A stretch of DNA of 63,800 nt, counting the filler, from Lenisia limosa (Eukaryota > Protista > Breviatea), in assembly GCA_001655205.1 (NCBI GenBank). It is 10 parts of 10 records of this genome, joined end to end, with 100 filler letters (N's around TTAATTAATTAA, not from the genome) between each part and the next. Parts side by side here need not be neighbours in the genome. Positions count along the whole stretch, not along the records: positions 1 to 5,504 come from LPNZ01010473.1; positions 5,605 to 7,443 come from LPNZ01006326.1; positions 7,544 to 11,765 come from LPNZ01011665.1; positions 11,866 to 38,186 come from LPNZ01005760.1; 6 more parts are not named here. One strand, 5' to 3'. The translations under genes and the position numbers were made by a program. Positions 1-11,988 of the stretch are shown here, in pieces; within the stretch, counting starts at the first letter, position 1; each line of letters starts with the position of its first letter. The notes below the pieces were generated by a model. The model saw nothing but the letters and a program-made list of their open reading frames with translations. It did not search any database and had not been told where the DNA came from.

Positions 1-1
1 T

Positions 2-2603
2 CACTCCAAACAAACCCCAAAGCTCAACATTATCCAGGCATGCATCGCCAACGCCTTCGTTTCTATCCCTGCTTTGGACTCTGTGGCCTCACGCCTGTCT
101 CTCTACTCGCTAGCTTCCCAAGTGGTTTGTGTGGCTCTATTTTTGTATTCTTTTTATTGTGTTATCGGCATCTTTATTTACCCAACAGGCATGCACCATT
201 GGAGCGCTGCCTCAGTGCGAATCGCTCCTCCGTGCTTNNNNNNNNNNNNNNNNNNNNNNNNNNNNNNNNNNNNNNNNNNNNNNNNNNNNNNNNNNNNNNN
301 NNNNNNNNNNNNNNNNNNNNNNNNNNNNNNNNNNNNNNNNNNNNNNNTGCAAGTAAAAAGGTCACCTGTATGGAGAGATACTGTTTCAAATGATACATTG
401 ATGCGTACTATACTATACATGGGTTAGTTTCTTGTTGTTTTGTTGTGCTGTTCTTCTTGGTTTGCTTTAACTGGGTTAGCTGCGGACGGTCAAGTCCGGT
501 CCAGTCAAGCCTATCTTCTTGGGTACCTTCCAGAGCTCATGGCTACTCTTTCCTTCGTACCAGGCCATCCTGATAAGGGTGGGGGGGCAGCTTTATTTGT
601 GATTAAACGGCGCTGTTTGGTAAATTGATGTTACAACAATACTGCATAAGGACTTCTGTTTGTTAGTCTACTCTGTTATTTGTTGAATTAATCCCTCAAC
701 CCCCTCGCTCATGACTGACGTGAACCTTGTTTTTGTTTATATGCATTTACCGATAACAGGAGGACTTGGTACAATTAAGGGACTCTCAGCTGCACTCAAA
801 ACTATCGACTGGTGGGAGAGGTAGTAGCTTGACCTTCGTCACCAACCGGACACTGACATTTTTGAAAAAACCAAAAATCCATTTAATTTTCGTCTTTATT
901 TTAGGAAATGAATAGCGCTTTGATGAATGGCTTAACAGCAACACACCACCAATCCAACTCAGGGAACGCTGGTGGTGTGCCGGAGAAACCAATAAAAATC
1001 AAGAAAAAGTGAACGATCATCTAAAATCCTAAAATATTTAACATAAACTTTGGTGTGACAAACCAGTCAGGAAAACGAATCGTTAGAGCTTCATCATTAC
1101 TTCCACACAAGAAGCAGAGCTTATTATTTCTTAGAGTCCATATTCCAAATGAAAAATAATGTAACAATCCTTCATCATCCTAAAACACAGATACCGAAAT
1201 CATGATGTAAAAGTGCAAAAAAATAAAAAAAAAGCTGAAGTGAGAGTTCAGTTCAATTCAATTCAGTTTGTGTTACGATATTAGAACTGTTTGTTGGTTG
1301 TTTGAAAGGTCAGTGACCAATTGGTAACCGGTCAGTATTGTGTAACTGATATTTATCTGTGGGTGCCCCACCACATGGTGTATTTAATATCAATATTATG
1401 TTTTTGTTTTTTTGACTTCATCACCCCTCTCTTAGGAATGTACTCAACTGTTCGGCTCTCCCAGCCCACGCCTGGATGTTCGTTCTGGTAGCCTCAATGC
1501 TGTCGTCAGTACCGCCTGTTCAGGTCAAAAACGGTGGGGTAGTGGGGTGGAACTATGCTATTTGGGGTAGATCGACTCCTCATGCTTTTTTTTTTACTAG
1601 CTACGTGAATAAAACAATATCATATTATTACTGTTTCAAAATAATTGAGCATAACCTCCTCCCTTACAGTCCCCCCCAACCACGAGATTTTCCTTGGCAA
1701 CGAGTCCTACACCTTGGCCGTAACCCAACTACTCAAGGAGGTGCAGGAAAACATGTTCACTGTAAGAGGGTTATTTATGGAGTGTTCAATTCCCTTCGTT
1801 ACATAATTTTGAGGAGGGGGGGGGGGNNNNNNNNNNNNNNNNNNNNNNNNNNNNNNNNNNNNNNNNNNNNNNNNNNNNNNNNNNNNNNNNNNNNNNNNNN
1901 NNNNNNNNNNNNNNNNNNNNNNNNNNNNNNNNNNNNNNNNNNNNNNNNNNNNNNNNNNNNNNNNNNNNNNNNNNNNNNNNNNNNNNNNNNNNNNNNNNNN
2001 NNNNNNNNNNNNNNNNNNNNNNNNNNNNNNNNNNNNNNNNNNNNNNNNNNNNCTCCCCCCGCAGGCATTCAGTAACATGAAAGAGTCTTCAGAAGAGATC
2101 CGCATTGCAGCAGATTTGGCCGTTCAGATTCTTGCTGCCACATCTGCTCTTCCAGGTACTACTATATGGAACTTCACTATTTTCATTCTTCGTTTTCTGA
2201 ATGTAACTTTGTGGGACTTGAACAGTGCCTTTTGAGACTCCAGATTAACGTCCAATGGATCCAGAATATTGCAGAGTACTTGGTTGACCCCCCCCCCCCN
2301 NNNNNNNNNNNNNNNNNNNNNNNNNNNNNNNNNNNNNNNNNNNNNNNNNNNNNNNNNNNNNNNNNNNNNNNNNNNNNNNNNNNNNNNNNNNNNNNNNNNN
2401 NNNGTATTCCTGTTGGGAGGGGGTGACTTCATGTTACTAAATAATGTGATGTTTTGGTTTATAAATCACAAAGATCGCCTTTTTACATAACCAAACCCGC
2501 TCTGATAACGTTTACCCCACAGCCCCCCAGCTGGGCGAAGCTCGAGGGCGATATTGCTGCATGTGGTGAAGGCCTTCCGGCTAAGATCCTCAAGAAAATC
2601 TAA
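2..2603 (+). CDS. VPS35L: VPS35L/C16orf62 (Retriever complex subunit), 3' part, multi-exon, 5'-truncated
   Basis: Spliced exons read NIIQACIANAFVSIPALDSVASRLSLYSLASQV, ADGQVRSSQAYLLGYLPELMATLSFVPGHPDK, GTIKGLSAALKTIDW and PPNHEIFLGNESYTLAVTQLLKE. These are colinear with the recalled C-terminus of VPS35L (ACVAYCFITIPSL..RLNLY..SGQVA; DGKMRPSESFLLEFL..FFSTLLIVPDHPE; SNDSLYGG). TAA stop at 2601-2603. One internal exon junction is unresolved. Confidence 0.8.
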
Positions 2604-2774
2604 ACATATTCTTGGTGGATGTACGTTCTAATTCTAACTGCGGTTTTGTGGGCCATGCATGCATGCTCAAGGGCAATTAACCAAAATAGAAACTCAAATA
2701 CCACAGTTATATCGTTATTAGTTATGTTGTATATTGCACCAAAATTGAGAAGGAATGAGGCAGTTTCCACATGA

Positions 2775-4620
2775 TGGAAAAAGATTGAAAGTATGTGATC
2801 ATTACGATCTTAAGAGATTAGTTACAAATGTAAAATCAAATTGATACATAAGCATAATAAACTCAAAGATCCAATATTAATTAAAAAATTGGTATGTAAG
2901 GTTTTTTGGGATATACATTAGACTATAATATTTGTCCTACAGTATTACCCAAAAAAAACCTAACGCACCATCTACGGCGTTGGATCGATTGAAATATATG
3001 GAAAGCAAGTGATCATGTCCTTTCTAGCTACAGAGATAAGTTATAGCATGCCAAATATAGTAACCACGATAGTTGATTCATTAAACGGCTTTACTGTTCT
3101 ATTTCCCATTTCATAGGTATCTTCAGTAATAACAAGGAACTTTTTATCCAAGTTAATTAGTCATGGATTCAATAGTATATCACTGATCTACTTAGAGTAT
3201 ATTTCTCAAAAACCTAAGATACCAGATGTAGCGTTTGCACGATTGATATATGTAAAGCACGTGATCATGTCATAACAAGCTACAGAGATAAGTTTCAAAT
3301 GTAAAATCCAATTTATGATTAATCACAATGAATGTTCAAAAATCAAAGTTCCAAAAAATTCAATAATCTAAGTATCAAATATAACGATTGTTGATTAAAC
3401 GGCTTTAATGTTCAATTCTACCATTTCATAGTTATATACAGTAATAACGGGGCAATTATTATCCACGTTATTGATGAGTTATGGATTAAATAGTATATCA
3501 GTAATATACCTAGAATATATCCCACAAAACCTAACATACCAGATATGGTGTTTGCTCCATTGATATACATTTATGGAAAGCACGTGATCTTGATTATTCT
3601 AACTACTGATATTGGTTCAAATGTAAAATCAAGTTAGTGATTTATTAGAAATAATCATCTAAAATCAAAATTCCAATATATTTCAAAATTTAGGTATCGA
3701 ACACAACAAATATAATAACCATGATTTGTGATTCATTAAACGGCTTTACTGTTCAATCCCCCATTTCATAGGTATCGTCAGTAAAACGGGGAAATATTTA
3801 TCCACGTTAGTGATTAGTTATGGATTGAATAGTATGATACTATTATACTTGTATTACATACCGCAAAACTTAACATAATATAATACAGCGTTTGCTTGAT
3901 TTAAATATATACAAAGCGCGTGATCATGTTCTGACTGCTACTGAGATAAGTTTCAAATTCAAATTCAAATTCAAAATTATCATTTATCAGAATGAATCTT
4001 CAAAAATCAAAATTCCAAAATATTTCAATAATCAAGATATCAAATAAAACATACCAAATATGGTAACCACAATGGTTGATTCATTAAACGGCTTTATTGT
4101 TCTATTACTCGATTTCATAGGTATCTTCAGAGGTAACCGGGAAATATTTATCCAATTGACTAGTTATGGATTAAATAGAATATCAATATAATACCTAGAT
4201 TATATACCACAAAACCTAACATACCAGAAACAGCGTTTGCTTGATTTAAATATTTGCAAGCTACAAGTTTCAAATTTACAATCAAAATTATGATTTATCA
4301 GAATGAATCTTCTCAAATCAAAGTCCCTAAATATTTCAATAATATAGATATCAAATACAACATACCAAATATGGTAACCACAATGGTTGATTCATTAAAC
4401 GATTTTCTTGTTCTATTACTCGATTTTATAGGTTTCTTCAGGGTAACCCGGAAATATCTATCCACGATATTGACTAGTTGGATTAAAATGTATTTCAGTA
4501 AAACCACAAAACCTAACATATCATATATGGCGTTGGCTTGACTGAAAATATATGGAAAGCACGTGACCATGTTCTTACTAGCTACTGAGATGCTTCAAAT
4601 TTAAATCAAAATTATGATTT
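2775..4620. repeat. Degenerate AT-rich tandem repeat, ~310-350-bp unit, about 6 copies
   Basis: The anchor (C/G)ATTAAACG recurs at 3079, 3393, 3734, 4082 and 4393. AAAGC(A/G)(A/C)GTGA(T/C)C(A/T)TG and AAACCTAACATA also recur once per unit. The short ORFs in this region are spurious. Confidence 0.9.
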
Positions 4621-5200
4621 ATCGGTGGAGTATGGAGTGGTGTGATCAAGTCCGTGGCCCCATGTATATTTTACCTTTTTTGGAGATGAGTGAAGTTGGT
4701 TGATTCCCACCCTGAACCCATTCAGGGGCCCTGGCGACAACTCTTGGATGTGTGAGACACTGGTGGGATCGGAGTGGTTGATTTCAACGAAATCAGTGCA
4801 AATCAGCAAATCAGCAAACATAAAATGGGACCACAAGGGGGGGGGAATAGACATGTTGAGTGAAATATATCCCTGTCCCCAAAAACTGGTTTCCCAGATC
4901 TCTAGATCTTTCCTCGATCTTTTGGTCTTCACAAGACCTGCGTGTGACGGGACCGTTCGGGTGGTTTCGGGGAGACGTCATGACGTCATCGTATCTTGAT
5001 GCCAGACAGAGATGGTATAATAGTTGGTAAAAACTCGAAATATTCCCCCGGTCCAACCTGAAATGAAGGGGGTTAGCGTCGAGCTGAAAAGGAGCCAGGT
5101 CGGGGTCGAGTTAATATAGCCGAAGAGGTGTATAAAGTACAATATTCCAGGAGCGGAGGCCCCTTGCCCATCATTGACCAACCAATACACAATGAACACA
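4612..5200 (-). CDS. Possible multi-exon gene of unknown function; frame unresolved
   Basis: GC-richer blocks with plausible GT/AG sites, and peptides such as VSHIQELSPGPLNGFR. No recognisable domain. Confidence 0.25.
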
Positions 5201-5421
5201 TCGTGGTTGAATATTTCAATTTTTGGTGTGAGAGCACATTATAGGTAAGCCGGTTGACCGCCGGCGGGTCTATTTCAGAGAATTTTTTTGCCTTTGCCCT
5301 CTCACTTGCTGCTCCTCCCCCTGATCTGTGGTGTGTCACCTCTGTGCCTCTTTGATAACACGCTGCCGCCTCACGAAAACCCTCCTCCGAAAACTCTTAC
5401 CTCCCATCTCTATTAATTAAT

Positions 5422-5487
5422 ATGCCCCCAGTATTCTCCCTCTTCTTTCTGACAAGTTGGCTTCTCTTAAGTGCTGTCACAAGCTAT
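5422..5487 (+). CDS. First exon of a secreted or membrane protein (signal peptide), truncated by the contig end
   Basis: MPPVFSLFFLTSWLLLSAVTSY, followed by a GTTAGG donor and a T-rich intron start. Confidence 0.5.
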
Positions 5488-5504
5488 GTTAGGTTTGCTT
5501 TTTT

Positions 5505-5604
5505 NNNNNNNNNNNNNNNNNNNNNNNNNNNNNNNNNNNNNNNNNNNNTTAATTAATTAANNNNNNNNNNNNNNNNNNNNNNNNNNNNNNNNNNNNNNNN
5601 NNNN
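5505..5604. other. Artificial contig spacer (44 N + TTAATTAATTAA + 44 N). The same spacer occurs at 7444-7543, 11766-11865, 38187-38286, 42451-42550, 48392-48491, 52594-52693, 58648-58747 and 60209-60308
   Basis: Identical 100-bp layout nine times. The 12-mer places stop codons in all six frames, and genes are cut at each spacer. Confidence 0.98.
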
Positions 5605-5811
5605 TCCCCCCTCAGAAATTAATAGAGCTTCAGATCAAGCATACCATCTCAAATTCTCACATTTTCCATGGTTTCACTTTTTAGATCCTGCAGTCACTAC
5701 AGCCCATTGAATGTATGCTTGGGGGTGTTTGCCACTTCATATTAATTCATAATTACTGTGTATAATTTCCCCATTAATTACCAAATCTCAATTTAGACTT
5801 TTTTGGGGTAG

Positions 5812-7443
5812 ATTTGTCGAGCGGGTGATGACGGGCTCTCACCCCCCAGTGTTAGCAAGTCTGATTGCCGCCATTATTCATGACGTCGATCACCCGGGCT
5901 TCAATAACGCCTATATGGTGATGTCTCAGTCCGACTTAGGTACGCCAATGCTTGTTTCCTTCTTGTGTTTCATTCCAGCGGGGGTTTTCGTTGTATAAAG
6001 AATACCCATTTCGAAACCTGCGTTTCCAACATTCAATATTCCTCCTAATATTGTGCTCTTTTTTGTTGAGCAGAGTTGATCATCTGTTTTTTCTCTCTCC
6101 TAATACCCCCCCCCCCCCCCCCCNNNNNNNNNNNNNNNNNNNNNNNNNNNNNNNNNNNNNNNNNNNNNNNNNNNNNNNNNNNNNNNNNNNNNNNNNNNNN
6201 NNNNNNNNNNCATGTTGGCTTCCAAACCCTGTTAGATCAGAACGTTCTCCTGAACCTCAGTAATGCTGACTATAAGGAGGTATGCGCGGGAGGGATGATA
6301 ATTAAGACGTTGAGTGGGTGAAATTCTTTACATGATTGTGGAAATGAGACTATTTCTGTCCAAAAAGCAATTCAAACGAAACAATATCATATTGTTTCCT
6401 TACTACTTAGCTTCGTGAAACCGTCATTGAACTTGTCCTGGCAACGGACATGGCACAACACTTCCGCTATGTGTCGCAGTTCAAGGAGGCAATGCTGCAA
6501 GGTCGGTGGAGGGAGCTTAACTCGTGATACTAAAGTGACCAGGTTTTTGGGAAGATAAGTAAGTAGGTGTACGATAGAAAATATTCTGAGGTGGAATCAT
6601 TCGGAATTTGGGAAGGGGATAATGTCATTATTATTCAGGATATATTGAAATAGCATATCATATGATAGTATGTTAGAGTACATGCTAGTAGAGTTCTTGA
6701 CCGATAAAAACGGATTTCTCTTCTGAAATAATCGCTGAAAGTTGTTCCACGGTGATGCATATCATATTGTCTAATATAAATATGCGTTGTTGAGCATTCG
6801 TGGAACACTGAGCAATTGAGCAGGATTGGACCTGAACGCCAACGGAAAGCAACGGGACATTGTTCTGGCTACAGCCTTCAAGCTAGCTGACATCTCTCAT
6901 GTCATGAAGGAGCTGGAGCTGACAGTGGAGTGGACTTCTGTGGGGGGGGGGGGCTTTCAACATAGTTCTCTAGATGAAATTCCAATCAAGTCAAAACAAA
7001 AAAACCTGCGATTTCACTTTGACTTTCCTCAACTGAACCCTCTATCATTCACAACAGAATATCCCTCCCGCTACCATTTTATTCCAGCCACCTCCTCCCA
7101 TTGTGTCTAACAATGGGAAGAAGCGACTGGACTGGGCTTTATTTGTTTTGTTGTTTTTAACACTTGTGTATTTCCCAAGTACAGCCTACATGCTTTTTTT
7201 ATTTATTTTTAAATTTTCCATTTTTACTGAGCTTTTTTGTTTCATAAATTTTCCAATTTCACAACCACCCCCATTAACTCCCCGCAGCGCATCAACAACG
7301 AGTTTTTCCTGCAAGGCGACAAGGAGAGGGACCAAGGCATGGCCGTGTCGGCGTTCATGGACAGACTGACCATGAACATACCAAAGTCACAGCTGGGCTT
7401 CTTGGAGTTTGTGGTCAAGCCGCTTGCGGATGCCTGGGTCGAC
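5812..7443 (+). CDS. Class I 3',5'-cyclic nucleotide phosphodiesterase, catalytic domain (partial)
   Basis: Exons encode LIAAIIHDVDHPGFNNAY (HD..H signature), ELVLATDMAQHF, FKLADISH and EFFLQGDKER..MAVSAFMDR..IPKSQLGFLEFVVKP. Confidence 0.95.
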
Positions 7444-7551
7444 NNNNNNNNNNNNNNNNNNNNNNNNNNNNNNNNNNNNNNNNNNNNTTAATTAATTAAN
7501 NNNNNNNNNNNNNNNNNNNNNNNNNNNNNNNNNNNNNNNNNNNTCAAATAG

Positions 7552-8265
7552 AACATGCAAGGAGGAGGCTACACCACAGACATTGCCACGAGTTCCATCA
7601 ACGACTCTGAAACTATCGACATTTCAAGGTATGGTCTGATTATGACACAAAGGCGCAAAAGAGCTTCAAATATCGGCTGGTGTTCCTTATTTGACTCTTT
7701 AGTACCGCAAGTGCGATGGATACGAATATGCTAGCCTCTCAAAACAACTACCCCATGCCGCAACCGCAGGACAATTACGCCTCAATGGGCCAAGGCAACT
7801 TTCCGTCAATGGGTGGACAGAACAACTTCTCTTCCATGAACGGACAGAACAGCTTCGTTTCCATGGGTGGTTCCGGCATGCAGAACAACAACATGATGGG
7901 CAACAACATGATGAACAACAACATGAACAACAGCAACATGATGATGAACAACAACATGAACAACAGCAACATGATGATGAACAACAACATGATGATGAAC
8001 AACAACATGAACAACAACATAATGGGCAACAACAACATGATGATGGGCAACAACAATATGCAGAACAACAACATGATGGGCAACAACATGAACAACAACA
8101 TGATGATGGGCAACAACATGATGAATAATAACAACATGATGATGAACAACAACATGAATCAGTACAATTCTGGGATGGGGCAGAATAACTTTGTAAGTGG
8201 GTCTTTTTTGTAATTGTCACCTCTTTTTTACTTTTATTTCATGCCTCACTATGTTTAGATGTAAA
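7552..8265 (+). CDS. 3' part of a protein with a large Asn/Met/Gly-rich low-complexity (prion-like) exon
   Basis: Exon ~7552-7629 splices in frame to exon 7703-8192 (AAC/ATG codon repeats, NNNMMGNNM...). GTAAGT donor at 8193; a probable terminal exon ATG TAA at ~8260-8265. Confidence 0.65.
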
Positions 8266-8829
8266 CAAATTTCAAAGATCTAATTAGTGTGTAATATTGA
8301 ATGTAAGTATCTATTTTTCAAAAGAGATGGTTTTGTTGATGTTGTTTTTTTTTTCTAATTGAAACTTGTTGGTGCTTGTCCTTTGCAAACTCAATGCAAA
8401 CCTAACCGCCCACATCCCTGCTTAAAACTGATTTGACCAGAGAAGCATGAAGATAGAAATTTTTGTGTACGAGTCCATCCATGATCCCCCGGGACTGGAT
8501 GGATTACAAAAAAACAATTGCGGAGACATCAGACGACACCCAAACACGCAAAAGGCAGAAGCAGTAAAAACAGTTGTATAAGGCAGCATAAAGCAGCAAG
8601 CCAAAAGATACTGCCAAGATAACATAAGAAAGACGGAGGAAATTACACCCCGAAGCTTCGCCCTTCGCCTCTCTGGAAACTATAAAGGTATGCTCACCTA
8701 CCACCATGACCATGCCAGCCAAAAATTATTATAAGATTATAAAACAGCTAAAGCAAGCAACTTGCCCACCTATTGCCCCTGAAATCCGATAGTTCAGAAA
8801 CAGAAGAGCAAACAGAGCAGCTCAATGTG

Positions 8830-10834
8830 ATGATGGCTTGTCTGTTTTTCTCCAATCGAGAGGTTTGGGGCATTTATCTTTTTGCTTCTAAGAGGGGTAT
8901 AATTTCATTCCTGTAGGCTGCAATCCTTGCTGCAAGTGAAAGAGGTCATGTGAAAAATACTCTCAAGTTGTTGCGTTATGGGTGCTCTGTTGATACGACT
9001 AATAAATCGGTGAGTAGAAGCTTTGAGCTTGGAGGAGGTAATATCTATACTCTTCCAAGTTCTGAGAGAGCCCATCTGATATTCTTCTTTCCCATTTCAC
9101 CTGGTTGGGTCTTACCTTATAGGGAGCAACGCTGTTACATATTGCCTGTGAAAAGGGACACATGGACCTTGCACAAGCCCTCATTGAGAAAGGTGCTGAT
9201 ATTCATGCTGAAATCCCTTATGGTGTAAGCGAGGATCATATCAACCGGGATCCATCTTCCATTATCCAATCAGGACGACCAACCACTGCATTGTGCGTGT
9301 GCCTCCGGTAACGTGGAGCTGGTGAAGCTTCTCTTGACATTGATTCCTGACGCCAATCAGCAGACTACAAGAGACGTTGGTGGTTGACTGGAAGCAAACT
9401 TGCGATGTTCTAATAATTTACTCTGACATGATGTTTTGGCTTCTTTCTGCATAATAGTTGTCTTTCTCTGAGCTTATTAGGAATGGACCCCCCTGCATGC
9501 AGCCTGTCGAAGTGGTCAACTAGAGGTTGCCAACTACCTTATCCAGCATGGTGCCAACACCAACGCTTTTGCTTCAGAAGTTGGCTCAAACTTTTGTTAT
9601 AAAGCTATTAACTTTCTTAGTTTTCGCCACTTCATCTTGCTTGTCTGTCACGGAAAATGGACTTAGTACGATTACTGATCGACAATGGCGCGCTTATTAA
9701 CCCTCCCACATGCTTCAGAAGAGTTGGTGGGGAATTGTTGGTCATTTGGAGCCTCGGAACAGATTTGGAGCCTAACAGGACTGTACTCACTAAGTAGACG
9801 CATACCCCTCTCCATTTTGCGTGCTCCACCCCCCAATTGGACCCCAAAGTAGTGGACCTTCTCCTCGATCATGGGGCTGATACCACCATAAGAGACTTCA
9901 AGGTTGGCCTAGAGCAGCTGTGTGTTATGCTTCTTTCAATTTTTAACAACCCTCCATTTTATAATTCAATATTCGTCAGACAATTTTTCATCAGCATTGA
10001 ACATCTTTCCTCCTTTTCTACTTATTCGAGTATTGTGTGGCATTAATGCCTGGTGCTTTCTTCTAACGACTTAGGGTTGCAGCGCTCTGCATTACGCATG
10101 TAAAGAGGGTAATGTGCACTCGGTGAAGAGTTTACTGAAACACGCGGTTGACCTTGACGCTCAAGACTATATGGTGAGAGCGTACCCTTGTTTAGAATAC
10201 TCTATTAGCACCACTAGATCTTGTACCAATTAGAACAAGGACTTATTACCCAGGGCTCCACGGCTCTTCATTTTGCCCTCCTCCTCAAACGCACTGATTG
10301 TGCTGTGGCTCTCATTGCTGCCGGGGCTAGTATCGATGTCCGTGACAATAGTGTGGGTTGGACGTTGTGTCTTTACATCTTTACATTTTGGCATGACAGA
10401 TTAGATATTCTAAGTAGAAATAGGAATAGGAATATTAGCGAGTATTTGTGTGCTCTCCCTGACAGTTCTTCTGAGTATTGACGTTTTAGGGAACCAGTCC
10501 ACGTGAAAAGATCATGGGCGGTGCCGTGCCTGGAGGGAAGGTATCCGTCCTTGCCGCAATTGCTGTCGACTTTCATGGCTTGTGACTGGTATTATGGTGT
10601 GGGTTCTGGGGTATGTATTGGGGTTTTTCCTGGGGTATTTGGGTTTGATGTTGGGTTCTTTTCTTTTTTGGGTTATGATTTTATGCTGGGTTATGTGAGG
10701 ATTCTTATGCAATTAAAGTATACAATGTGGGTAATCTCTATTATCTGAACAGTATTGGCCTCTTCCACGAAACAATGTATCAAAAACGACGGGTGAAAAC
10801 TAGGGAATATTACGGACAGAGCGGGCGGACATGA
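8830..10834 (+). CDS. Ankyrin-repeat protein (~7 repeats)
   Basis: Exons GATLLHIACEKGH, DDQPLHCACASGN, EWTPLHAACRSGQ, THTPLHFAC, GCSALHYACKEGN and GSTALHFAL. The start (ATG 8830) and the last exon are inferred. Confidence 0.9.
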
Positions 10835-11119
10835 GGGGACTGGGACTTGTTAATCGGGAATGATACAGATATCCCATCTTGAAAACGACATATGATATAA
10901 ATATAATTATATATATTACTGCAGCACCTAAGCAGTGTCATCATTCAGAATCCAGGTCGGCGCTTAGAGGACCCTATAACCACACAGAAAGATGTGTGGC
11001 AGAGTTGTAAAGCCTAATTGGGGGAATTGCTATTCAATAGTACAACATCTTAAAGCGTGATGGTCGGACTTCGGTCAGATACAACCATATTTCTCATTCT
11101 ACATACAAGGTACAAATTG

Positions 11120-11765
11120 CAGCAAAGAGCAGTAGCTGAAATGAGAGTAGTGTATTTGGCCGAAGCCGACATGGTCTTTATCATCTGGGCCACCTCCACA
11201 AATGGGTTTTTTTGGAATTTTGCTATATTTTGGGTCCACCACCCGGTCAGAGGTCAGAGCAAGATTTCCTGAAAAATGCTATTGACGCTCTATTCTCTTA
11301 TAAAGCAGTTTAGAAAAGATACAAGTCAGTTACAAGTCTATTACTTTTGAACACAGACAGCTTTTATGCGTGAAATGTAGTTAATCAGCTCAAATTTATC
11401 CAAGTTGCCAATAGACACCATGAAACATCTCTTTTAACCATTGTAAGTGATAAGAAAGATAAAAAATTTTGAATTGTAATATTGTCAGAAGACCAGACCC
11501 CCAAAAATCCCATTTGTGGGGGTGGCCTATAATCATATATATTATGTAAAGATGTAAACCCCCCCCTCCCCCACGTGACTGTCTTGGAAGGACGCTCTTC
11601 ACTTGTTGGAGAGGGCTCACGAGTTGGTGCTTTAGGGCTGGGGAAGAAGAATGAAAGGATGGACAAACTCAAAAAAAAGGGGAAAAAAAAACAAGGAATA
11701 ATAATAAAAAAAACTACAGTACCCTGCCTTCCCGACTCGTCTCCGACGTCAGTACTACCAAGGCC
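11120..11765 (-). CDS. Possible gene fragment of unknown function at the contig end
   Basis: Exon-like blocks with minus-strand splice signals (PKAPTREPSPTSEERPSKTVT followed by a GTGGGG donor). No domain recognised. Confidence 0.3.
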
Positions 11766-11988
11766 NNNNNNNNNNNNNNNNNNNNNNNNNNNNNNNNNNN
11801 NNNNNNNNNTTAATTAATTAANNNNNNNNNNNNNNNNNNNNNNNNNNNNNNNNNNNNNNNNNNNNAAGATATAAATTCACAGAATAACTCGAATAACTTG
11901 AATATAAACAAGAAACATCTCTTCCACCATCACCCTCCCCTCTTACCTTCACCTTCACTCTAGTGTTTACACTCTTGCTTTGTGGCAA

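Noticed and set aside
7699-8220. Minus-strand Cys-rich and Leu/Ile/Met-rich ORFs
   Set aside because: They are antisense shadows of the AAC/ATG repeat exon.
8460-8916. A long frame interrupted only by TAA/TAG and in frame with the first ankyrin exon, suggesting TAR=Gln recoding
   Set aside because: VPS35L, TMA7, the fibrinogen-like gene, Fab1 and SDT1 end in TAA, and Erv1 ends in TAG, at expected positions. No conserved exon contains an internal TAA or TAG.
7703-10352. Fusion of the Asn/Met-rich exon to the ankyrin repeats (phase-compatible)
   Set aside because: A nearer acceptor gives ATG TAA at ~8260 followed by UTR-like sequence, and the ankyrin gene has its own plausible ATG at 8830. 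Not excluded without cDNA.
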